DNA from: Limisphaerales bacterium
GTDB taxonomy: Bacteria > Patescibacteriota > Microgenomatia > UBA1400 > PJMF01
Assembly (NCBI GenBank): GCA_044350895.1
Contig: JBILGT010000006.1
Span: 1 to 47,889, forward strand
Length of the DNA stretch: 47,889 nt
Direction of reading: 5' to 3'
Shown here: positions 8,296 through 15,821 of the stretch, piece after piece
How the letters are laid out: each line of letters starts with the position of its first letter
Numbering within the stretch: position 1 is the stretch's first letter
The notes under the pieces: generated by a model
The model's database searches: none
The model's input: the letters and a program-made list of their open reading frames with translations, nothing else
Told to the model about the DNA's origin: nothing
Translations under genes and position numbers: made by a program

Positions 8296-9237
8296 TGCAG
8301 CCAGTTGTTGTGTGATCTGATCTCTAATTTCCAAAATGTGAAACCCGATGAAGACAATGGAACTGCCAGTGGCCACGAATGCCTCTGGGGGAGCTTCAAA
8401 CGTATGGCGCGTACCAACTTTGTTAACGAGCTGATACCCATCAGCAAACTGCACAAATCCCTTAACTCGATAGACTGATCCAGGCAGTGACTGGAGAAAT
8501 TGCGCAAAAGCGGCTTTGTCGTAAGTGTCTCCAGTGGTGATATGAAAGGTGGTGATGCCGTCTTCTGCCAGGTGATCCTCGTGATGCTCGTGTTCGTGGG
8601 TGTCGCTTGAGCGTTCAATAGCCAGCAAACTTTCAAGTTCTGTCGAGGAAATGCCAAAAGCAACTGCTGTGTTGAGCTGGCCATGTGGTGCTTCCACGAC
8701 TGGTGAGTGATTATTCAACTCGCGCACATAGCCCACCACTGCTTCTTTGCGCTGATCATCTACGAGTTCCACTTTGTTAAAGACCAAGAGATCAGTGAAT
8801 TTCGTCTGGTTTTGGGCGGTATGACTCAAATCTTTGTATCCTTCAAAGTTGACCACATCAATGACGCTAATTACGCCATCACGCAGCATCTTGGGGTGTG
8901 AATCAATCATTAAGGCAATAGCAGCGGGGTCAGCGGCACCAGAAGCTTCAATGATGATGCGGTCTGGCTGGAAGGTAGTAATTACTTCATCAATGGCCTG
9001 GATAAACGGTCCCACCAACGTACAGCAGATACAGCCATTGAGTAGTTCTTTGGTTTTGATGTGTTTGCCTTGCATGATCTGGCCGTCTACATTTTCATCA
9101 CCAATTTCGTTTTTGATGTAAATAACTTGCTTTCCTTGATTTTGGAGTTGTTCAACAAGATGTGAAATGATGGTGGTTTTTCCAGATCCGAGGAATCCTG
9201 AGAAAACGGTGGTGGGTATGGCGGTACTGCTTGGCAT
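8281..9237 (-). CDS. COG0523/CobW-family GTPase metallochaperone (zinc)
   Basis: GFLGSGKTT, NEIG, GCICC, EASG, NKVE, His-rich HEHEHHEDH and YRVKG. Confidence 0.92.
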   Translation of the reverse strand: MPSSTAIPTTVFSGFLGSGKTTIISHLVEQLQNQGKQVIYIKNEIGDENVDGQIMQGKHIKTKELLNGCICCTLVGPFIQAIDEVITTFQPDRIIIEASGAADPAAIALMIDSHPKMLRDGVISVIDVVNFEGYKDLSHTAQNQTKFTDLLVFNKVELVDDQRKEAVVGYVRELNNHSPVVEAPHGQLNTAVAFGISSTELESLLAIERSSDTHEHEHHEDHLAEDGITTFHITTGDTYDKAAFAQFLQSLPGSVYRVKGFVQFADGYQLVNKVGTRHTFEAPPEAFVATGSSIVFIGFHILEIRDQITQQLAALAKK

Positions 9238-9310
9238 GTATGCGCCTCAGTGTACTAAAGGTGTGTGCATTAGAAAAGGGGCGGGAGAGAGTGTGGGCTG
9301 GATTTAGAAA

Positions 9311-9333
9311 ATATGAAGCAAATTGCTTCATAT
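9311..9333. promoter_or_regulatory. Perfect 11-1-11 palindrome; candidate Fur/Zur-family operator
   Basis: ATATGAAGCAA-A-TTGCTTCATAT, between the divergent COG0523 and exported hydrolase genes. Confidence 0.5.
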
Positions 9334-9494
9334 ACACATTCAATACGTTTGTGCATAATTCCCATATTATTATTGTTGAGGTGTATTTTTTGACGCTGCA
9401 TCAATACGATGTTGGGTACTCACTGAGTACTGGGCGGAAGATACTCTCAAGTTCTTTAACAACTTACTACTAGATTTAAAAAATACCTAAATAA

Positions 9495-9606
9495 ACAAGG
9501 GTGGAATTTTCGAGATACACGACATGTGTTGGGTTTGACGAGTTGCAGTGTCTCGAGTGTTCCACCCTTGTGCAAGTTTCTCATGGTGGAGCGGTGTTCG
9601 TTCTAT
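9495..9606 (+). other. Structured 5' leader: two G-U-rich hairpins (9495-9571 and 9586-9606)
   Basis: ACAAGGGTGGAATTTTCGAGATAC pairs with GTGTCTCGAGTGTTCCACCCTTGT; most deviations are G-U pairs on the + strand. Confidence 0.55.
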
Positions 9607-9683
9607 AGTCGTTTTTCTTTATCGAGTTCAGTTTTTTAACAGTTCGTTTTAACCCATTTTCAGATTCTTAGGAGGTTTTTTGT

Positions 9684-12600
9684 ATGAACACGTACCAGAA
9701 GTGGTACCGATGGATTGGGATTTTTCTTGTGGCGGCAGGGCTTTTGAGCCTGCTCGTCATCTTCATGCCTTTCGGTGTTGCCGAGGCAGAAGATCAAATC
9801 GTGAGCAACACAAGTGTGTTTCCTGGCAGTGTAGAGTTAGTGACCAAGAGCGCAGATGGGAATGGCGTGTACGCCTACCATGCTGCGCAAGGCATGGCTG
9901 AGGATGGAAGCTTTGTCTTCACATCTAAAGCCACCAATTTGGTCTCTCCACCTACTACGCCAGGGGAGGAGCGGTTTTACTTTTTTGATAACACCGCCAA
10001 GACAGTAACAGTTTTGCCGTCGTTTGGGACGGATAGTTTTTTGACCGCCCAGATCACGCCAGATAAGCAGTGGATTTTGTTGGGGTCATTTGACTACACG
10101 TTGCAGATCCACAAGGTCTCACTCTACAACACATTCACGGCGGAACTCATCGCAGTGAAAAAAGGCGATGGTAAACCCGTTTCCGTGAAGAATTCAAGCA
10201 TGACGGCGGATGGTAGCATTGTGGCGTTTACAAGCCTGGAACAGCTTTCAACTGCTGATACCAACGGCAAATTTGACGTCTATGTCTGGCACCGTGACAC
10301 AAAGGCAATTGAACTTGCCTCGAAGAAAGGCGATGGCACGGCAGCAGGAATCGAGACTTTTGCCTCAATCTCTGCAGATGGTACGTACGTGTCGTACATC
10401 GCAAGTGGGAGTAACTTCCCAGCTTGTGGTGCAACACGCTATGACGTCTACCGCCAAAATCTGCTGACGAGCGAAGTATTGTGCGTAAGTGGTGCTGTTG
10501 ATGACAGCGACTATGAAGTGTTCCGCTATGTCGAGATGTCCAGTGATGGGAGTAAATTCTACTTCCTGGGCATCATTGACGGAATCCAGCCCAAAATCAC
10601 CAATGTATACCTGGTGGATTTGGGCAGTGGAACGACAAGCGTCGTGTTCGACAAGACCGCATATGCTAGTGTCGCGTTTAATCGCCTCACCGCCGATGGC
10701 ACAAAAGTCGTTTATGCAAAGGTCGATGACAGGCGCCAATTGAACGAGGCATGCACATATGAAGTTGTCTCAGCGGAACATTCCTGCCTTAGCAAACCAG
10801 AAGACGCTCAACAAGGCAGCCTGATGTCAATTTCACCGACTGGCCGATACTCCGTAATTTGGAGTTGGGACCACAGCTGGATCGGCAGCATTGCCGACAA
10901 TCTCAAGCCCAATGGCGATCGGTCTGAAGACCTCTTCATCTGGGACCGTGAAGGCGTGAACAACGCCATCAGCGGCAAAGTGACGGGTGACGATGGAGTG
11001 ACAGGGCTGGCCGATGTGGTTTTGACCAACGGCAGCCGTGAGAAATACAAGACTGATGCGAACGGGCAGTATACGATGCCATACCTCACTGGTGGGCAGA
11101 CGTATGTGATTACGCCCACTGTGACGATCTCTGAGTTTTATCCCGCGAGCAAGCTGGTAACGGTTCCGACAGCCGGGAGTGTGGATTTTAGTACGAAGAA
11201 TCCTGTTCAATCGGTTGTGGTGTTCATTCCGGGAGTTGCCGGTAGCACACAGCTTTCTGAGAATAAAGTTGATCTATGGCCTGGCTTGTCAACCATTGCT
11301 GGCTTGTTGTTTGGTGATACTTACAAACGGCTGTCACTTGAAGGTGGGGTAGTTGAAAGTGGCGTTATTGCTGGCGATGCGATCAGGGTAGCCAGTCTGC
11401 CGTTTGGTTTTGAAAGCAAGCCAATTGTCAAGAATTTAGTTGACTCTACAATTGTCTACAAGCCATTTCTGGACTACATGGTAAATGAGTTAGGGTATCG
11501 AGAATACCATGTCAATAATGACCCTGACAAACGAGCATCTACTTGCAAAACCAATGAACAAACAAATCAACCCAACCTCTTCATCTTTGCATATGACTGG
11601 AGGCTAGATATCACGGATAATGTTGGCCTTCTGGGAGATTACATTGATTGTATTCATAATTTCTACCCAGGTATGAAGGTCACATTGATTGGACACAGCA
11701 TGGGCGGGTTATTGGCGCGCAAGTATATCGTCAGTGGTGGTGAAAGCAACGTAAAAACGCTCATTACCATCAATACCCCATGGCTGGGTGCACCAAAAGT
11801 GCTTCAGACCATGCTTGATGGTACTTGGCAATGGCCATATTCACGACCTATTTTGAAGCAATTAGTGAAGTACTTCCCAGGTGCCTATCAACTCATCCCA
11901 TCTGCTCGATACCTCACATCAGTAGCGCTACCTCCGTTCCGCGAAGGTGATTTTGACCTTGATAATGATGGTATTCTTGATGAATCCTATCAAAATATGA
12001 GTGATTTTGACGGATTCTTTCAAGCGCTTGGCTACACCACAGTGCCTTACAGTGTAAACTCTACTTTCTATGACAGCATGTTCCTTGATCCCACTGCTGG
12101 AAGTAGTGTTCAACATTTCTCTTTGATCACTCAACAGGAAGAGAATACGACAACTGGACAGATTTACAACGAAACTGAGGTAGTTTGCAACACAAGCGCT
12201 AGTGGAACTGCGTTCTCCTGTAACACCCTCTCGCTCTACATGGTGCATGCGGTAAAAGGAGACGGCACTGTCCCACTTGATAGTCTACAAGGACTGTTGA
12301 AGGCCAAGATTGGCACCACAACTCGCTTTGTGAGTCCAGGATCGGAATCGGATCATCGGTATGGACACAAGGAAGCCACCAGCAATCCCAATATTCTTGC
12401 TGCTATTAGCAGCATTTTGAGTGGAAACACCGAAGTGCAAGCAGCAACTGTAGAAACTGAAGGTGACCACATCAGCAGGTATGTTCGGTTACACGGGGTG
12501 GAAGCATTAACTATCACACATCCTATCTCGGGGAGCATCAGCAGCACAGACCACACTCTTGACTTCTTCAGCTTTCCCGGAGTGTCGGTTAACCAAGAAG

Positions 12601-13139
12601 GTGAAAGCGGGTATCTGATTACAATGGCACCTGATGCCACTTACGACATTACCTACAAGGCTAGCAAACCTGTATTCTTACAAACCAACAGCAGTGATGG
12701 AGGAAGCAATGTACGGGTTTCACAGAACTTCAACAATCAACCTCAAGCTCAAAACGGTGAGTTAACATTGCACATTTCTGGGAATCCAGAAACTTCGTTA
12801 ACTTATCAGACAAGCCAAGGGGTGGTCGAAGTGCAGCCTACAGGTAGTTACACAGCTACGTCGCCATTGGACAAAACTCCTCCAGTTGTTACTATCAGAC
12901 CGACAGCAAATGGCCAAGTCGAAGTTGTGGCAGAAGATGATAGTGCTTTGGGTGGTATTTATGTCTCAACAGGCGGTGCCTTGTACCATGCTTATTCGCA
13001 GCCATTAATGGTACCAAGTGGGACTATTGTTACTGCATTTGCAGATGATGTTGTTGGTAATCGCAGCAGCGTGGTTAGTTACACTGTTCAAGTAACTAAT
13101 TCCACTAAGAATGTCTATCTGCCCTTGGTTCAACGGTAA
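9684..13139 (+). CDS. Large exported multidomain protein: TolB-like beta-propeller + carboxypeptidase-regulatory-like Ig domain + LCAT/PGAP1-like alpha/beta lipase + Ig-like C-terminus
   Basis: N-terminal hydrophobic signal; S-x-D-G propeller repeats; ISGKVT..GLADV; IPGVAGS, YDWR, GHSMGG, TPWLGA, GDGTVP and His; ends VYLPLVQR. SD AGGAGGT. Confidence 0.85.
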   Translation: MNTYQKWYRWIGIFLVAAGLLSLLVIFMPFGVAEAEDQIVSNTSVFPGSVELVTKSADGNGVYAYHAAQGMAEDGSFVFTSKATNLVSPPTTPGEERFYFFDNTAKTVTVLPSFGTDSFLTAQITPDKQWILLGSFDYTLQIHKVSLYNTFTAELIAVKKGDGKPVSVKNSSMTADGSIVAFTSLEQLSTADTNGKFDVYVWHRDTKAIELASKKGDGTAAGIETFASISADGTYVSYIASGSNFPACGATRYDVYRQNLLTSEVLCVSGAVDDSDYEVFRYVEMSSDGSKFYFLGIIDGIQPKITNVYLVDLGSGTTSVVFDKTAYASVAFNRLTADGTKVVYAKVDDRRQLNEACTYEVVSAEHSCLSKPEDAQQGSLMSISPTGRYSVIWSWDHSWIGSIADNLKPNGDRSEDLFIWDREGVNNAISGKVTGDDGVTGLADVVLTNGSREKYKTDANGQYTMPYLTGGQTYVITPTVTISEFYPASKLVTVPTAGSVDFSTKNPVQSVVVFIPGVAGSTQLSENKVDLWPGLSTIAGLLFGDTYKRLSLEGGVVESGVIAGDAIRVASLPFGFESKPIVKNLVDSTIVYKPFLDYMVNELGYREYHVNNDPDKRASTCKTNEQTNQPNLFIFAYDWRLDITDNVGLLGDYIDCIHNFYPGMKVTLIGHSMGGLLARKYIVSGGESNVKTLITINTPWLGAPKVLQTMLDGTWQWPYSRPILKQLVKYFPGAYQLIPSARYLTSVALPPFREGDFDLDNDGILDESYQNMSDFDGFFQALGYTTVPYSVNSTFYDSMFLDPTAGSSVQHFSLITQQEENTTTGQIYNETEVVCNTSASGTAFSCNTLSLYMVHAVKGDGTVPLDSLQGLLKAKIGTTTRFVSPGSESDHRYGHKEATSNPNILAAISSILSGNTEVQAATVETEGDHISRYVRLHGVEALTITHPISGSISSTDHTLDFFSFPGVSVNQEGESGYLITMAPDATYDITYKASKPVFLQTNSSDGGSNVRVSQNFNNQPQAQNGELTLHISGNPETSLTYQTSQGVVEVQPTGSYTATSPLDKTPPVVTIRPTANGQVEVVAEDDSALGGIYVSTGGALYHAYSQPLMVPSGTIVTAFADDVVGNRSSVVSYTVQVTNSTKNVYLPLVQR

Positions 13140-13152
13140 TCTAGTATGTAAG

Positions 13153-13211
13153 ACAAAGTTTTTTTGATTGTTTGCCAAATTTTTGCGGTGAATAGATCAG
13201 AAATACTTTGT
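13153..13211 (+). other. Long G-U-rich 3'-UTR hairpin
   Basis: ACAAAGTTTTTTTGATTGTTTGCC pairs with GGTGAATAGATCAGAAATACTTTGT (about 23 pairs, 4 G-U, 1 bulge, 1 mismatch). Confidence 0.5.
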
Positions 13212-13217
13212 AGTTCT

Positions 13218-13256
13218 AAAAAGCAGTCACTTTTTCAAAAAAGGTGACTGCTTTTT
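13218..13256. terminator. Bidirectional intrinsic terminator
   Basis: AAAAAGCAGTCAC...GTGACTGCTTTTT between convergent genes. Confidence 0.8.
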
Positions 13257-14122
13257 TATTTCTTCACATGTATAAATGGGGTTGTAACTTTCTCATTGAC
13301 GAAATCTTTTGCTGTACAATTTGCTGATTTTATTCCAAAACTCTTGTATATAAAATATACAGTACCAGGTTGTAAATCGATTTTCTTATCATAGTCATAT
13401 ACTGGTATTTGATGTTGGAATACATTTGTTAGTACATAATCATATGTTTTTTTATCTTTGTTATTTTGTAATTCCGGAAAATGCAGAAATTCTAAGTTCT
13501 TGAGTAATGGACCCGTGTTACTTTTGCTACTATAAATCTTTTCATTTCTGGTAATAAGTGATTGAATGAACTCCTCATTACATTGTTCCTTTGGGGAAAA
13601 CTGGTAGCCATCACTAACAGATACAAACTCAAAGAGATATGGTAATTCAAGTGATTTAATTTTTTGTGTCACTTCAAATGGGACTAAAAAACTGATGTAT
13701 ACAATATCATTACTCTCTTCAATACGTTGTATTCCATCATGCAACACCACAGCATTTGCATGCTCTGCAGCACGTTGAGGAAGCTGTCTCTTTTGATATT
13801 CTTTATATTCCGATGGCCCAATTAAAAGGACAGCAAAAATTATTATTGATAACACAATGGTTATAAATACCTTGTACCAGCGTAGTCCCCAGACCTGTAC
13901 TCCCACAAAACCGTCTGCCACCCATAGCATCAAGCAAATTACACTAGCCATTGAGAATGGTACTGCTGGTCTCGGACTACTGAGAAATGGAATACCTATA
14001 CTACTGACAAATGCATACAACAAGTAACAACAAATTATCCAAGAAATCACGACTAATGCAGAATATTTTCCAATTGTTTTAAGTGGGGATTGAGCTTTTA
14101 TTTTATCTTGCTTCTTGGCCAT
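13256..14122 (-). CDS. Hypothetical membrane protein (3 TM helices plus a soluble C-terminal domain), AT-rich
   Basis: 288-aa ORF with three hydrophobic segments; upstream TTGACA-N18-CATAGT, 5 nt before the ATG. Confidence 0.75.
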   Translation of the reverse strand: MAKKQDKIKAQSPLKTIGKYSALVVISWIICCYLLYAFVSSIGIPFLSSPRPAVPFSMASVICLMLWVADGFVGVQVWGLRWYKVFITIVLSIIIFAVLLIGPSEYKEYQKRQLPQRAAEHANAVVLHDGIQRIEESNDIVYISFLVPFEVTQKIKSLELPYLFEFVSVSDGYQFSPKEQCNEEFIQSLITRNEKIYSSKSNTGPLLKNLEFLHFPELQNNKDKKTYDYVLTNVFQHQIPVYDYDKKIDLQPGTVYFIYKSFGIKSANCTAKDFVNEKVTTPFIHVKK

Positions 14123-14171
14123 ACTGTACTATGGAGTTTAGGCCACATTACTGTCAAGATGTATAAATAAA

Positions 14172-14201
14172 GTTAAGCATCCAAATTTGAAGGTACTTAA
14201 C
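14172..14201 (-). terminator. Probable intrinsic terminator after array member A
   Basis: Minus strand GTTAAGTACC...GATGCTTAAC followed by TTTATTT. Confidence 0.4.
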
Positions 14202-14218
14202 AAATACTTAATTAATAA

Positions 14219-14482
14219 TTACTTTTTCTTGGCTGGCTTTTTTTTATTTGAAAGTTTTTTGTAGACAAAAAATGTGGTGAGTGCTGTTGGAATAAATGGG
14301 ACGTACAATTGCAAATAATCCATATTTTTGCAAAATTTTGATGGTGTCGGGGGTGGATAACTTTTACCCACTAAAAAGCAATGAAAAACTTTATCATTAT
14401 GCAATAATATGAAAGAGAATATGAGAGCAAAAGCCCACCAAGAAAAGAAAGCAGTTAGTAACGTTAAAATAATTTTCTTCAT
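14219..14482 (-). CDS. Array member A: small 2-TM protein, C-x15-C loop, KKPAKKK tail
   Basis: 87 aa; paralog of 15822..16085. Confidence 0.8.
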   Translation of the reverse strand: MKKIILTLLTAFFSWWAFALIFSFILLHNDKVFHCFLVGKSYPPPTPSKFCKNMDYLQLYVPFIPTALTTFFVYKKLSNKKKPAKKK

Positions 14483-14595
14483 AGAATGACTATAGCATAT
14501 TTCAAGATTAGAACCTAGTAATTCAAGTTTACATTTGAAATAAATGTATTTAGTTGTTTTTAAACTAACCCTCTCCCTTAAAAAGGAGGTGGCTT

Positions 14596-14736
14596 TTACT
14601 TTTTTATGACATTTTGTCTTGGTGGAAGACTTCCTTCTAAAGCTTGTTGATTCATCACAAAATTCAGCAATATATAACTAATTAATGCAAAGACAAAAAC
14701 TACTATTATAATTGAAATTTTTTTATTAATTTTCAT
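14596..14736 (-). CDS. Array member B: 46-aa single-TM peptide
   Basis: MKINKKISIIIVVFVFALISYILLNFVMNQQALEGSLPPRQNVIKK*; TAGAGT 8 nt upstream of the ATG; below the ORF-track cutoff. Confidence 0.55.
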   Translation of the reverse strand: MKINKKISIIIVVFVFALISYILLNFVMNQQALEGSLPPRQNVIKK

Positions 14737-14817
14737 ATACTTTTACTCTACCGCATCAGAAAGAAAAATAAATTCTTTTACAAAATTACTTTTGTTCCAA
14801 CACATTCCTAAAACTAA

Positions 14818-15078
14818 TCACTTCTTCTTGGCTGGCTTTTTACTCTTTTTAAATCTAATTATCAACGCAATAACTGCTGCAGTAAGTGCAATAGAAATAA
14901 TAAAGTGTAAGTAGCCCAAGTTACGACAATTCTGAAGAAATGATTCACTCATAAGTTCTAAGGCACCTGTAGCAGCACATGCAAAATACGGCTTATAAAA
15001 CAACAGCGCGAAGAAAAGTGAAAAATCAAAAAAAATAAACGTAATTACTGAATACAATAATAGTTTTAAAATGTGCAT
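14818..15078 (-). CDS. Array member C: small 2-TM protein, C-x16-C loop, KKPAKKK tail
   Basis: 86 aa; CRNLGY motif and the same tail as A and F. Confidence 0.8.
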   Translation of the reverse strand: MHILKLLLYSVITFIFFDFSLFFALLFYKPYFACAATGALELMSESFLQNCRNLGYLHFIISIALTAAVIALIIRFKKSKKPAKKK

Positions 15079-15112
15079 AAAATCATTCTACCTACTATAG
15101 GTAATTAAAACT

Positions 15113-15406
15113 TTATTTCTTTTTATGTGGACTTTTTTTTAGAAAAATTGACATAAAGATTCCTGAACTCAGAAGAGTTGCTGTTAAATATGGAACAGCA
15201 GTTATTGTCTTGCAAAGTAGACCTTCAGTTTTTTCATTATTTACAACTCCATTTTGATCTATTACAGTTCCAAACGAACAATTTAATCCAGGTGCTTTAA
15301 GTAAAATGGGAAATAGTAAATAGACTGTAAATAATACAGAAAGTAAAAAACAAATAAACCACAGCACCACAAAAGTCGGAAGCGCTAATATAGTTTTTAC
15401 ACTCAT
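15113..15406 (-). CDS. Array member D: small 2-TM protein, C-x21-C loop, KKSPHKKK tail
   Basis: 97 aa with the same architecture. Confidence 0.75.
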   Translation of the reverse strand: MSVKTILALPTFVVLWFICFLLSVLFTVYLLFPILLKAPGLNCSFGTVIDQNGVVNNEKTEGLLCKTITAVPYLTATLLSSGIFMSIFLKKSPHKKK

Positions 15407-15425
15407 ATAAATTTACTATACCATA

Positions 15426-15774
15426 TTAAGATAAGACTGTATTTGTGACTATGTAAGCGTACTTTCTTTGAAGTAGGCTTTTTTTAGTTTTTTCCAATAT
15501 TGTTGTTTTTGTCTTAGCTGATCGACTTAAAAAATATGTTGTAATTGCAGCAAAAATCAATGGTAAAACCTTTTCAACTATATCCAGATTTCTGCAAAGA
15601 CTTTGAAGTTCTTGTGTCGTGTGGAGATTAAAAAAAACTTTCATCCTTACGGAAAAGGCAGTTCGATACATCTTTATTTAATAGATAACTAAAACTTATT
15701 ATTAAAAAGGAAAAAGTAAACGAAAGAATAAAGAAAATAACAAAGTTCCTAAAGCTAAAAGCAAAATTTTTCAT
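15426..15774 (-). pseudogene. Array member E: frameshifted 2-TM Cys-loop paralog
   Basis: ATG 15774 gives a 48-aa ORF (...LLNKDVSNCLFRKDESFF*) that stops at the A8 run 15630-15637; the next frame continues NLHTTQELQSLCRNLDIVEKVLPLIFAAITTYFL. Confidence 0.7.
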
Positions 15775-15821
15775 ACGCTTACATTATTAGATATCAGCAA
15801 AAAATAAATAATAGTACAAAG

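Noticed and set aside
9152-9901. Track ORFs 9152..9343, 9231..9473 and 9680..9901
   Set aside because: No recognisable motifs; they overlap real genes or the regulatory spacer.
13113-13139. LPLVQR tail as a substrate of the sortase at 24396
   Set aside because: It lacks LPxTG plus the following TM helix and basic tail that sortases require.
15426-15671. 81-aa ORF as an independent gene
   Set aside because: Better explained as the 3' half of frameshifted array member E starting at 15774.
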